From IMG/VR virus record IMGVR_UViG_3300020577_012961, positions 1-64,000 of that record: 64,000 bases of DNA. One strand, written 5' to 3'. Origin of the DNA: a virus (Duplodnaviria; Caudoviricetes). A program made the translations under genes and the position numbers. Below the pieces are notes generated by a model. That model saw only the letters and a list, made by a program, of their open reading frames with translations, did not search any database and was not told where the DNA came from. Below, in pieces: positions 36,222 through 44,542 of this stretch (positions are counted from its first letter, which is position 1; each line of letters opens with the position of its first letter).

Positions 36222-36716
36222 ATGAAGACCCTGCTGATCGCCCTCGCGCTGGCTCTCGCCAGTCCCGCCAGCGCCGCCGCCCCCACCGCGCAGCACGCCG
36301 CCGGCCCCGCCGCCACGCTCGGCCACGGCTGGGTCTACCTCGGCAGGCTGGGCGCCGACGGTCGCATCTCGTTCGCCACGCTGAACGGCGCTCCGTCATC
36401 CATGAAGGCCAGCGTCGAGGGGACGACCACCCGCAAGCTCGACAAGCCGCTGAAGGTCCAGACCATGGAGGGCCTGCGGCTGCGCGGGAGCCCGTCACCG
36501 ACCGCCGAGGCGCTGGGCCGCATCCCACGCGGAGCCACCGTGCGCATGGTGGGCCTGTACGCCAACTACGGCTTCGTATGGGCCGAGCTGGACACAAGCG
36601 GCGCGAGAGTGATCACGGCGAGACTGATGTCGCCGGCCGTCGACGGCTTCACCGGGCGCTCGGGCTACGGCCCAAGTACCGCCAGCACCACCAGAACCAC
36701 CAGCCGCCGCGGCTGA
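36222..36716 (+). CDS. Secreted protein with bacterial SH3-like domain
   Basis: AGGAG RBS; MKTLLIALALALASPASA signal; LRLRGSPS....LGRIPRG..V.....W motif. Confidence 0.62.
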   Translation: MKTLLIALALALASPASAAAPTAQHAAGPAATLGHGWVYLGRLGADGRISFATLNGAPSSMKASVEGTTTRKLDKPLKVQTMEGLRLRGSPSPTAEALGRIPRGATVRMVGLYANYGFVWAELDTSGARVITARLMSPAVDGFTGRSGYGPSTASTTRTTSRRG

Positions 36717-36859
36717 CCCCTCCGGCCCCGCTCCCCGCGGCGGCCGCCCCTCCCGCCTCTGCCCCGTCCGGGGCGCTCCTCCCAGCCAGCTCCTAATTCG
36801 TGTCGAAGTAGTAGATCCTGGAAACCGCGCACGGATCTTTCCGGGTTCTTTCCCGGTTC

Positions 36860-37111
36860 CTACCCCTCCACCTCATGCCCCGCGCGCACCAGCCAGGCCC
36901 GCACGCGCTCGGCAAGCTGCTCCGTGGTGAGACCTGCGGCCGGCGCCGCGTACAGCCTCTCGGGGATGGCCGGCGCCTGCGAGATGATCTGGGAGACCGC
37001 TCCCGCCGAGACCATCGCCAGCCGCAAGCGCCACGCCAGCCGCTTTCCCTCGTCACCCTGAGGGGCCTCGATCTGCACCGTGGCCGGCCCGATGTAGACG
37101 GTGACCCGCAC
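36860..37111 (-). CDS. Hypothetical protein
   Basis: GGAGG RBS region; operon context; start uncertain. Confidence 0.45.
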   Translation of the reverse strand: MRVTVYIGPATVQIEAPQGDEGKRLAWRLRLAMVSAGAVSQIISQAPAIPERLYAAPAAGLTTEQLAERVRAWLVRAGHEVEG

Positions 37112-37130
37112 GGGCGGGAGCGTACCTCCG

Positions 37131-37334
37131 TCAGCCGCCCTTGTCCTCCTGCAGCGGCAGCGACCGGGCGCGCAGCTCGGGGCGCTGGGCGAGGACGCGA
37201 TCGACGAGCCGATCGAGCTTCTCGCCGGTCCGGCCCTCGTAGAGCTGCGGGCGATCGGAGAAGCGCAGCAGGAAGCGGCCGTCGGGCAGCTGGCGATAGA
37301 GGGCGCGGACGGTGGTGGGGAGGCGGCCTGTCAC
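37131..37334 (-). CDS. Hypothetical protein
   Basis: GTGA overlap with upstream HTH gene. Confidence 0.5.
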   Translation of the reverse strand: MTGRLPTTVRALYRQLPDGRFLLRFSDRPQLYEGRTGEKLDRLVDRVLAQRPELRARSLPLQEDKGG

Positions 37335-38182
37335 CGGTCGGACTCCGGCCACGCCTCGAACCTCTTGCGTGCCGCCCGCGTGTTGTTGATGCGCTCGACG
37401 ACGCGGAAGAGCCCCGCCACGTAGAACGTCCCCCACTCGATCCGCTCGGGCTCGGCCCCGGGCGCCGGCTCGATCACGAACAGGCGCGAGCCGCGGTCCC
37501 CATTCGTCAGCACCGCCAGACGCTGCCACCCGGCGGCGATCCGGCCCTTCACGCCGTGGCGCCCGACCTTCTCCTGGTCCTGGAGCACCGGCCGCGGTGC
37601 GAGGCGCAGAGACAGGCCATCGGCGCCGCCGACGCAGACCGCCAGCCAGGTGGTCTCATCGGCCGCCGCTGCCTCTGCCGCCTCGCGTGCCAGCCGCTCT
37701 TCCTGCCCCCTCAGACCGCGTGGCGCGAGCTGGAATGCGTCGACCGATCGGGGGTGCAGGTAGTGGCGCCCCCCCTTCATCCAGCTCGGCAGGCGCTGCG
37801 CGGCGATGGCCTGACGCACGGCGTTCTCGTGCACCCCGAGCCGCGCCGCCGCCTCGCCCACGGTCAGGGTGTACTCCGCCGCCAGCGTCTCGACGTCGAC
37901 CCGGTCCTGCGCGACGCGCTTGCGGAAAAGCAGGTCGGTCATCACCCGGTAGGCGGGATCGGCGAGCACGGCCGCGGTAACCGCGCCGCGAGCCGGGAAG
38001 ATCGAATGGTCAAGGATCGGGTTGTCGCGCCCGTAGGCCACGGCAATCAGGTCGTCTTCGGTGGCCTTCGGGTCGGCCACCATGCCCTCGAGGCGCTCGA
38101 GGAAGGCGACGACGTCCGGCTTGGGGTCCTCGAGCTCGACGCGGTGACCGGTGAGCGTGGTGTGGGTGATGGTGTTGCGCAT
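37331..38182 (-). CDS. Protein with central excisionase-type HTH domain
   Basis: LTVGEAAARLGVHENAVRQAI...RLP...GGRHY. Confidence 0.75.
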   Translation of the reverse strand: MRNTITHTTLTGHRVELEDPKPDVVAFLERLEGMVADPKATEDDLIAVAYGRDNPILDHSIFPARGAVTAAVLADPAYRVMTDLLFRKRVAQDRVDVETLAAEYTLTVGEAAARLGVHENAVRQAIAAQRLPSWMKGGRHYLHPRSVDAFQLAPRGLRGQEERLAREAAEAAAADETTWLAVCVGGADGLSLRLAPRPVLQDQEKVGRHGVKGRIAAGWQRLAVLTNGDRGSRLFVIEPAPGAEPERIEWGTFYVAGLFRVVERINNTRAARKRFEAWPESDR

Positions 38183-38195
38183 GGTGTCCTCGCTG

Positions 38196-38227
38196 AAAAA
38201 GGGGGCCCGGGGGTTGCCCGGGCCCCC
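38196..38227 (-). terminator. Intrinsic terminator inside the operon
   Basis: 11-bp stem gggggcccggg/cccgggccccc followed by TTTTT on - strand. Confidence 0.8.
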
Positions 38228-38233
38228 GGTGGT

Positions 38234-38542
38234 TCACACCACCTCGGCCTGCCCGAGGTAGCGCAGGAAGATCGCTTCCTGCCGGTAGTGGGCCTTGGCG
38301 AAGGCCACGATGGCGGCGAGCTTGTCGCCGTCGAGGAGCGACGCCACCGCGACGCCGTAGATGCGGTGAGTGTCGTCGTAGCGGCGGCCTCCGTCGACCC
38401 AGGCGCCCGCCGCCGCGCCGGGGTAGAGGGTGAGCCCGCCGAAGCGGGCCAGCACCGCCGCCTCGAAAGCGGCGTGATCCTCCGCGCTGAACGCCGTGCC
38501 GGCGTTGTCAGCGACGGGGATCAGGAACTGCACTTCGAACAT
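38234..38542 (-). CDS. Small PII/ferredoxin-like-fold protein (DUF3574-like)
   Basis: FGGLT.....G.W.D, F...YRQEAIF pattern; GAGGAGG RBS. Confidence 0.6.
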   Translation of the reverse strand: MFEVQFLIPVADNAGTAFSAEDHAAFEAAVLARFGGLTLYPGAAAGAWVDGGRRYDDTHRIYGVAVASLLDGDKLAAIVAFAKAHYRQEAIFLRYLGQAEVV

Positions 38543-38583
38543 CGTGACCTCCTCTTTGGAGCGCCGGGCTTGCTGCCGGCCGG

Positions 38584-38668
38584 TCAGTCACCGTGACTGA
38601 TGAAACAAGATATAACACCACCGGTCGCGGTGGTCAACAGAAAAAAAGTAGTGCCGTGATTTTTTTCT
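38584..38668 (-). promoter_or_regulatory. Sigma70-like promoter with A/T tracts and operator-like palindromes
   Basis: TTGACC at 38637-38632, TATATC/TATCTT -10 candidates, accaccg/cggtggt inverted repeat overlapping -35/spacer, tcagtcac-c-gtgactga at 38584-38600. Confidence 0.65.
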
Positions 38669-38670
38669 GG

Positions 38671-39570
38671 TCAGGCGAGGAGCTGCCGCAGGTGGTCGGG
38701 TACAAAGCCCCCGCGCGGCACCGCTTCCAGGCCCGCGCGGATGATGGCGGAGGCGTCGACGGCGCGCCCGGCGGCGGCTCGGGCCAGCTGCGCGGCGAGG
38801 GGCGCGGGCAAGCGCAGGGTGAGGCGCACCTCGTCCTCGAGGACCGGGTCGGCCACCTCGAGGGGCACGCGGTCGGCGGCGACGGCTTCAATCCACCACC
38901 TGAGCACGTCGGCCCGGCAGGCGCGGTAGATGGTCTCGCAGGCGTCGTCGAACGCTGCCAGGGCCTGCGCAGAGGCCCGGACCTGCACCACCACCTGGTC
39001 GGGGCGCGGCGGGCGGCCGTGGTCGCCGGCCTTGCGGCTCCCTGGTGCACGGCGAGTCGATGGCGGTGCGCTGTGCTCTGCTGGATCGGATGGGAAGTTG
39101 ACGACGGCGGCGGGGCCGAAGACGAGGCGGGCTTCCGCATCGTAGGCGCGGGCCGCCACCTCCTCGTCATCGAAGGCCCCCAGGTACTTGCGCTTGCCAG
39201 CGACGGTGATCCCGGCGACCCACCGTCCATTGGTGAGCGTGACCCCCTTGTAGATGCTCAGGAAGGCGCCACGACGGGGCTTGTTGTGCGAGTTCTCCGC
39301 CAGGGTGCAGACGCGCAGGTTGCCGCGGACGTTGTTCAAGCCGTTGCCGTCGAGATGATCCACCACCGTGCCGTCAGGCACATCGAGAACAAAGTGGTGC
39401 AGGGACATGGTCACCGACGGAGCGATGCGGGCCGCTGCATAGTGGGTGGCGTTGCCGCCCGCCGTCCGATACGCACGCCACCGATACCGAGCCACGCGGG
39501 CGTGATCATCGTCGTCGACGGTAGCCACCATCGCGGCGCCGTCCGGTGTCACGACTCGTATCTCCTTCAC
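38671..39570 (-). CDS. HNH-AP2 endonuclease fused to two ribbon-helix-helix-like domains
   Basis: VDHLDGNGLNN...NLR (HNH), YKGV...W.A.I...YLG.F....AARAYD (AP2), VRLTLRLPAPL...IIR (RHH). Confidence 0.8.
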   Translation of the reverse strand: MKEIRVVTPDGAAMVATVDDDDHARVARYRWRAYRTAGGNATHYAAARIAPSVTMSLHHFVLDVPDGTVVDHLDGNGLNNVRGNLRVCTLAENSHNKPRRGAFLSIYKGVTLTNGRWVAGITVAGKRKYLGAFDDEEVAARAYDAEARLVFGPAAVVNFPSDPAEHSAPPSTRRAPGSRKAGDHGRPPRPDQVVVQVRASAQALAAFDDACETIYRACRADVLRWWIEAVAADRVPLEVADPVLEDEVRLTLRLPAPLAAQLARAAAGRAVDASAIIRAGLEAVPRGGFVPDHLRQLLA

Positions 39571-39773
39571 GCTTCACCCCCGTGGCGCTCGAGGTACTCC
39601 CTGATGGCCATGCGCGCCACCGTGGCCTCCGACTCGCCGATCCGTTCGGCATGGCGGCGCAGGCTCTCTCGCAGGGCCTGTGGTAGACGGATGCCCCAGG
39701 GGGGCGACATGCCGCTTGGTTCGTCAGCGTCGAGGGATGGGCGGCCCCGTCGGGGCTTCTTGGTGCGTGCCAT
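39567..39773 (-). CDS. Ribbon-helix-helix DNA-binding protein
   Basis: RGRP, IRLPQAL...A...G.SEA.VAR.AIREYL. Confidence 0.72.
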   Translation of the reverse strand: MARTKKPRRGRPSLDADEPSGMSPPWGIRLPQALRESLRRHAERIGESEATVARMAIREYLERHGGEA

Positions 39774-39792
39774 TCGTCTGCCTCCAAGGTCC

Positions 39793-39823
39793 AAAAGGGG
39801 CGGCCCGCGGTGGCGCCGCCCCT
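39793..39823 (-). terminator. Intrinsic terminator after ardC
   Basis: aggggcggc/gccgcccct stem plus T tract on - strand. Confidence 0.65.
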
Positions 39824-39834
39824 CGGTGTGGCGG

Positions 39835-40770
39835 CTACGCCGCCTCGGTCTCCTCGGTGTCAGCCTGCATGCCCTCGCCGCGGAGCAGGCCGGCCGCCTC
39901 GCGGGCGAGCCGGGCGGCGGTGAAGACCGCGTACTTGTCGCCGCGGAGCACCTTGATCCAGTGGCCGAGGTAGGGCAGGTGCTGCTCGTCGAGGAGCGAC
40001 GGCACACCGAAGTCCGCGCAGAAGAAGGCGGCGCCGATCTCGGCGACCAGCTCCTCGGCGGCGTAGGAGTCGCTGCCGAAGCGGCCGGTGAGGTTGCGGG
40101 CCTTGCGGCTGGTGTGGCCGGTCCAGTGCACGTGCTCGTGAGCCAGCACCGCGATGTAGGCCGCCTCGCTGTCGAAGGACGCGCGCGGCGGCATGCGGAT
40201 GACGTCGAGAGCGGGGACGTAGCAGGCGGCGGCGCCACCGTGCTCGACCCGCGCGCCGGTCGCGGCCAGCGCCGCCAGCGCCTCGGCGTGGAGGGTCTCC
40301 GGCTCGACCGCCGGCGCCGCCGGGGCGCCCGGCTCCTGCCCGGCCGCCCACTCGATCTGCGCGTGGTTGAAGACGGTGTAGGTGCGCAGCACGGGGCGGC
40401 GGCGGGAGCGCTTCTCGGTGGTCTGCTCCCCCTCGCCCTCCGGCTTGTCGCCGGCCTTGCGCTCGACGAACTGGAAGAAAGTGACGAGGGTGCCGTGCTC
40501 GCCCTTGCGGACGTGGCTCCCGGGGTAGTTCTTGCTGACCTGGTTGAAGGTGTACCAGCGGGGGTCGGCGTAGCCGCTGAGCCAGACCATCAGCAGGTTG
40601 ACGCCGCGGTAGACGTGGCCGGTGTGGCCGTTGTGCGGCGCCACGGGCCCGGCGGCGTTGCTGGCGCTCCAGGGCTGCTGCCAGGGCGCGAGCGTGCGCT
40701 TGCCGGCGGCGAGCTCCTCGAGGGCGTTCACGATGCGGTCGGTGATCTCCTGGTAGTTGTCGCGAGCCAT
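39835..40770 (-). CDS. ardC: ArdC-like antirestriction/ssDNA-binding protein with zincin domain
   Basis: PWQQPW, YRGVN, WYTFNQ, VRKGE, VFN..Q, HEHVHWTGH, YAAEELVAE. Confidence 0.9.
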   Translation of the reverse strand: MARDNYQEITDRIVNALEELAAGKRTLAPWQQPWSASNAAGPVAPHNGHTGHVYRGVNLLMVWLSGYADPRWYTFNQVSKNYPGSHVRKGEHGTLVTFFQFVERKAGDKPEGEGEQTTEKRSRRRPVLRTYTVFNHAQIEWAAGQEPGAPAAPAVEPETLHAEALAALAATGARVEHGGAAACYVPALDVIRMPPRASFDSEAAYIAVLAHEHVHWTGHTSRKARNLTGRFGSDSYAAEELVAEIGAAFFCADFGVPSLLDEQHLPYLGHWIKVLRGDKYAVFTAARLAREAAGLLRGEGMQADTEETEAA

Positions 40771-40796
40771 CGTCGTTCTCCGTCGTTGATGAGGAG

Positions 40797-40825
40797 AACA
40801 TAGCGCTCGCTTCGATATTTGTCAA
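40797..40825 (-). promoter_or_regulatory. Strong sigma70 promoter for ardC
   Basis: TTGACA-17 nt-TATGTT with AT-rich upstream element. Confidence 0.8.
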
Positions 40826-40833
40826 ACAGAAAA

Positions 40834-41049
40834 TTACGAAAAACATTCAGGAGGGAACGGAGACCACTCGTCCCCGTCGCTGGCGCGGTACCGCCTCGCT
40901 CGTCCCTCCCCCCGGCGCTCGGCGCCGCAGAGGAGGCAGATACAGCGCCCTTGGCTGTCCTGGAAGGCGTGGCCGCGGTCGTCGTCGGCAACGAGATCGG
41001 GGTCGATGGCGTCGGGCGGCGGCTCGCGATCGTCGGGGGGATCGGTCAT
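40834..41049 (-). CDS. Small hypothetical protein (His/Cys motif)
   Basis: GGGGAG RBS, ATG 41049. Confidence 0.45.
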   Translation of the reverse strand: MTDPPDDREPPPDAIDPDLVADDDRGHAFQDSQGRCICLLCGAERRGEGRARRYRASDGDEWSPFPPECFS

Positions 41050-41112
41050 CTGGTCTTGCTCCCCTCTGCTGGCCGCAGCCGGTCCGCAGGGCTGACGCGC
41101 CGGTGCCAGCAG

Positions 41113-41322
41113 GGCACACAGCGCAGGCACAATCGCTCCGAAGTCCGCTCCGCTCCTGCGCAACCGAGCGGATTTTGAGTCCCCTGCGTCTGCCATTCCG
41201 CCACCCGGGCGTTCTGCTACTTCACCGTCGCTGACGCCCTCCTCGCATCCACTCCCGCCTCCGTACCTTTCGAGCCCGTTCCGGGCACAGCGGCACCCCC
41301 CGAAGGCACATTCCTGGGCACA
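41113..41322 (-). other. attP: attP: 5' half of tRNA-Leu(CAA) flanked by TGTGCC arm-type repeats
   Basis: tRNA fragment 6 bp after int stop; TGTGCC copies at 41113, 41126, 41284, 41305, 41317 on both sides of the core. Confidence 0.8.
41170..41210 (-). pseudogene. tRNA-Leu(CAA) 5' fragment (not a complete tRNA)
   Basis: GCCCGGG TG GCGGAATGGCAGACGC A GGGGA CTCAAAA TCC; no T-arm or 3' acceptor strand follows. Confidence 0.85.
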
Positions 41323-42347
41323 CTGACGCTGACGGCCGCGACGGCTGCGGCCCGGGCGTCGGAGAACGTGTGCGCGTAGCGGTTCACCATGTCGAGCGTC
41401 TTGTGGCCGAGGATATCACGGATGACCGCGAGCGGGACGCCGTCGCCGTGGAGGTAGCTGGCGAGCGTGTGCCGCAGGTCGTGCGGACGCAGCTTCCCGA
41501 CCTTCGCGGTCTCCCGGGCGTTGTGCCAGGCCGTGTAGTGGTTCGACTCGGCGAAGACGCGGCCAATCGCCGGGCCGGGGCCGCGCTGCACCGCCATCAT
41601 CCACAGCGCCTCCCACGCCCCCTCGTTGAGCGGGACCGATCTCGGCGCCCGGTTCTTCGTGATCGGACCCGGAAGGTCGATCGCGCCGGTGGCGTAGTTG
41701 ATCATCTCCCAGCGCACCATCGTCGCCTCGGTGGGTCGCATGCCGGTGTTCGCGCGCAGCAGCGCCCACGGCAGCACCTCGCGCCCGCGGGTGCCCCCGA
41801 GGGCCGCCAAGAAGCGCAGCAGCTCCTCGCGCGTGAGGATGCGCCAGGCGGCGGCGGTGTAGTGGTGCTCGGGGTTCTTCGCCAGCGGCGCCGCTGGCAT
41901 GATCTTCGCGACGTTGGCCGCGAACTTGAGCACCTGCCGAAGCGTCGACAGCTCTTTGCAGACGGTGCCGGCGCCGACCTGCTTCATCCGCTCGGCCCGG
42001 AACCGCTCCTGTGCTTCGACGTCGATGGTGCGCGGGTCACACTCGGGGCTGAAGAAGCGGCCGATCACGCGCAGGTGTTTCTCGCGCATCTTGTCCGTCT
42101 CCGACGAGAACGCCCGACCCTTCGACCGCGCCTGCTCTTCCTTCCACTCGAGGAACTTCACCCCGAGGATCTTGAGCGTGTAGTGGCCCTCGCGCTTGCG
42201 CTTCGCCTCGAGCTTGTCGACCTCGTCTCGCTCGACCCGAAGAGCCTCGACGCGCGTGCGCTTTCGTGTGGAGAAACGGACCACGTCTCCGTCGACGTAG
42301 AGCTTTGACCAGTAGTACGGGGAGCCGGGTCGTCGGTAGAGGGACAC
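41217..42347 (-). CDS. int: Tyrosine integrase
   Basis: TGMR..E, TKN...R.VPL, HDLRH, LGH...MVNRY catalytic residues; GTG start 42347. Confidence 0.93.
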   Translation of the reverse strand: MSLYRRPGSPYYWSKLYVDGDVVRFSTRKRTRVEALRVERDEVDKLEAKRKREGHYTLKILGVKFLEWKEEQARSKGRAFSSETDKMREKHLRVIGRFFSPECDPRTIDVEAQERFRAERMKQVGAGTVCKELSTLRQVLKFAANVAKIMPAAPLAKNPEHHYTAAAWRILTREELLRFLAALGGTRGREVLPWALLRANTGMRPTEATMVRWEMINYATGAIDLPGPITKNRAPRSVPLNEGAWEALWMMAVQRGPGPAIGRVFAESNHYTAWHNARETAKVGKLRPHDLRHTLASYLHGDGVPLAVIRDILGHKTLDMVNRYAHTFSDARAAAVAAVSVSVPRNVPSGGAAVPGTGSKGTEAGVDARRASATVK

Positions 42348-42529
42348 TCGAGGGCCTCCAGCGGGGCGCGTGGTTCGAGAGCCGCGAGCAGGTCTGCGCC
42401 ACGATACCACCGCTTCCGCCCCGCGGCGCGGTGGGCGACGTGGCGACGGAGCCAGCGCTTCTCCACGCCGAGAAGGGCAGAGGCCTCCTTCTCCGGATAG
42501 AGGGCGTTCTCGGCGAGGACGGCGGGCAC
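42158..42529 (-). CDS. Excisionase-like HTH protein
   Basis: EKEASALLGV...WLRR...RWYR..DL; overlaps int 5' end. Confidence 0.6.
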   Translation of the reverse strand: MPAVLAENALYPEKEASALLGVEKRWLRRHVAHRAAGRKRWYRGADLLAALEPRAPLEALECPSTDDPAPRTTGQSSTSTETWSVSPHESARASRLFGSSETRSTSSRRSASARATTRSRSSG

Positions 42530-42531
42530 CG

Positions 42532-42987
42532 CTATGCGCCTCCCGTGGCCAGCTCGCCGCCGTCGACCACCTCGACGCCATGCCGCCGCCCGACCGCCAC
42601 CAGCAGCTCGGCGAGCACGCGGCGGTGGCACCTGGTCGCTGTGCCACACCAGCAGCAGAGCACCACCCGCCCGCGCCCGAGCAGCTCGCGCCACGCCGCG
42701 CGCCTCCGGCGGTAGCTCGCCCGCATCTCCTCGACGTAGAGCTCGCGGTACCAGGCGAAGGCGAAGTCGAGGCGCTCTTCCTCGGTCGAGCCGATCGGGG
42801 CGCCCCTCTTCCGCTTCGCGAGCCGCTTGCAGGCGAGCCCGGCGTCGAGGAGGTCATCCGACGGCGCGAACGGGTCGGCGGCGGCGCCCCCGCCGCGTCG
42901 GGTGACGTTGAAGGCGTCGGGCCCGCGGTAGCCGGCGATCTTGGCGCGGGGGTTGGGAAGGCGCGCCGTGTGGACGAGGAGGCGCAT
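42532..42987 (-). CDS. DUF488-like protein
   Basis: Y..EMR...W..LL....VVLCCWC....CHRRVLA. Confidence 0.6.
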   Translation of the reverse strand: MRLLVHTARLPNPRAKIAGYRGPDAFNVTRRGGGAAADPFAPSDDLLDAGLACKRLAKRKRGAPIGSTEEERLDFAFAWYRELYVEEMRASYRRRRAAWRELLGRGRVVLCCWCGTATRCHRRVLAELLVAVGRRHGVEVVDGGELATGGA

Positions 42988-43460
42988 CAGCTTCCTTCCA
43001 GCAGCAGCGCCACCAGCGCCTCGACGTGTTCGTCTTGCAACCCGCGCTCGAAGTTCGTCTGCACGAGGCGCGGCGTCAGGTGCACCATGTCGCTGTCGTC
43101 GTCGACGATGGCAAACGCCTGCACCTCAGCGCCAGCCTCGTCAAGCCACTGCTGGATCTCGTGGCCCCGGTAGCGCGGCGCGCCCTCCGGTGTCCTGTGC
43201 AGGCGCGGTGTGGCTCCGATGATGGGACACGGCGGCGGGAAGCCGGCCTCGATGAGCACGCCACGCAGGTTGGCCAGCGAGTTGAGGATGCGCCACGTCG
43301 AGGACACCACGATTCGCGCGCCCGTCCGCCTGATCACCTCGGCGAGGCGCGCCACCGCCTCGGGGTCAACGGCGCGAAGGAAGTTCGTCGTGGGCGGCTG
43401 GCGCTCCATCCACGCGTGGCTGTTGAGCACGCCGTCGAAGTCGAGGAAGAGGACGCGCAT
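42987..43460 (-). CDS. HAD-family phosphatase (HAD_SAK_2-like)
   Basis: LFLDFDGVLN, VVSSTWR, RG.EI..WL, IVDDD. Confidence 0.82.
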   Translation of the reverse strand: MRVLFLDFDGVLNSHAWMERQPPTTNFLRAVDPEAVARLAEVIRRTGARIVVSSTWRILNSLANLRGVLIEAGFPPPCPIIGATPRLHRTPEGAPRYRGHEIQQWLDEAGAEVQAFAIVDDDSDMVHLTPRLVQTNFERGLQDEHVEALVALLLEGS

Positions 43461-44083
43461 CAGTAGCCGGACGCCTCCATCGCAGCCTCGCGGTCCGCCG
43501 TCAGCGACGCCAGCCGAACGATCTCGCCGCGCGGGAAGGTCAGCATCTGGTACGGCCGCCCGGTGACCACGTGCACCACGTCCCCCACCAGCGTGACCTT
43601 GACGATCGGCGTGGACTCGCCGTCCACGTCCAGGAACAGCCCGTGGCGCAGCTGCTCGGCGAGCCGCTCCTGTGGCAGGCCCAGCAGGTCGAGCCGCAGG
43701 TACCAGGGCTTCGTGGCCGGGAGGCTGTTGCTTCCGAGCTCGCCGACCCACTCCTTCGGAACCGGTGGCCACCGCTCGTCGTCCCCGTAGCCGTCGCCGT
43801 CGCGGGATGGCGTGCGCTCGTAGCCGGGCACCGGGAGCCATCGCGCGCCGGTGAAGATCTGGCCGGTGGAGCCTGGCCACCAGGGCGGCTGCACCGCGTG
43901 CGGAACCCAGCGGTTGCCGTCGAAGTCACCTTCGCCCTGCACCTCCGACAGCTCGCCCGGGTAGGGCGTGCGGTTCGGGTTGGCGAAGCAGTTGACCTCG
44001 TGGCGGCGGATGGACATCGGCCGCAGCGCCTTGCGCTTCCGGCAGTGCTCGCAGCGGTAGAGCGTGACCTTGGTGGTGATCAT
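43460..44083 (-). CDS. Hypothetical protein with N-terminal Zn finger
   Basis: YRCEHC...HE..C; translational coupling. Confidence 0.55.
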   Translation of the reverse strand: MITTKVTLYRCEHCRKRKALRPMSIRRHEVNCFANPNRTPYPGELSEVQGEGDFDGNRWVPHAVQPPWWPGSTGQIFTGARWLPVPGYERTPSRDGDGYGDDERWPPVPKEWVGELGSNSLPATKPWYLRLDLLGLPQERLAEQLRHGLFLDVDGESTPIVKVTLVGDVVHVVTGRPYQMLTFPRGEIVRLASLTADREAAMEASGY

Positions 44084-44302
44084 CTACTTCCCCATGGCGA
44101 CGAGCCAGCAGGACACGCACCGGCGCGCCCGCGGTGGCCTCGTCGGTTCGCGGCGGCGCAGACACCAGACGCTGTGCCCGCACTCGAGCGTGACGAGCTG
44201 GACGAACCCGCCGCCCGGGCGCGGCAGGCACTCCGACGAGCGCACGGCGCGCATCGGCTCCTCGGGGATGACGGCGCCGGCAAGGTCGACGGGACGAGGC
44301 AC
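44084..44302 (-). CDS. Small Cys-rich protein
   Basis: LECGH...RRCVSC. Confidence 0.5.
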   Translation of the reverse strand: MPRPVDLAGAVIPEEPMRAVRSSECLPRPGGGFVQLVTLECGHSVWCLRRREPTRPPRARRCVSCWLVAMGK

Positions 44303-44542
44303 CTACTCCACCTCCAGCAGCTGCCGCAGCGACGGCGTGACTTTCTGGTCGCCGTAGATGCTGGCGCCCTCGATCGAGCGGATGTCGAGCTTGAAGCCCA
44401 TGGCTTCGGCGATGGCGGCGGCACGGGCCCCGCAGGCCAGGCACACGCGAAGCGCCTCGCTGCTCCCGGGCCAGAGCATCGCGAAGATGGCGTAGGCCTC
44501 GCCGCAGTCGCTCGACTCGCATAGCAGGGGATCAGGCTGCAT
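44303..44542 (-). CDS. Small Zn-finger protein
   Basis: C....C and CLAC. Confidence 0.5.
   Translation of the reverse strand: MQPDPLLCESSDCGEAYAIFAMLWPGSSEALRVCLACGARAAAIAEAMGFKLDIRSIEGASIYGDQKVTPSLRQLLEVE

Noticed and set aside
41170-41210. Functional phage tRNA-Leu
   Set aside because: Sequence diverges within the anticodon stem; no variable arm, T-arm or 3' acceptor strand
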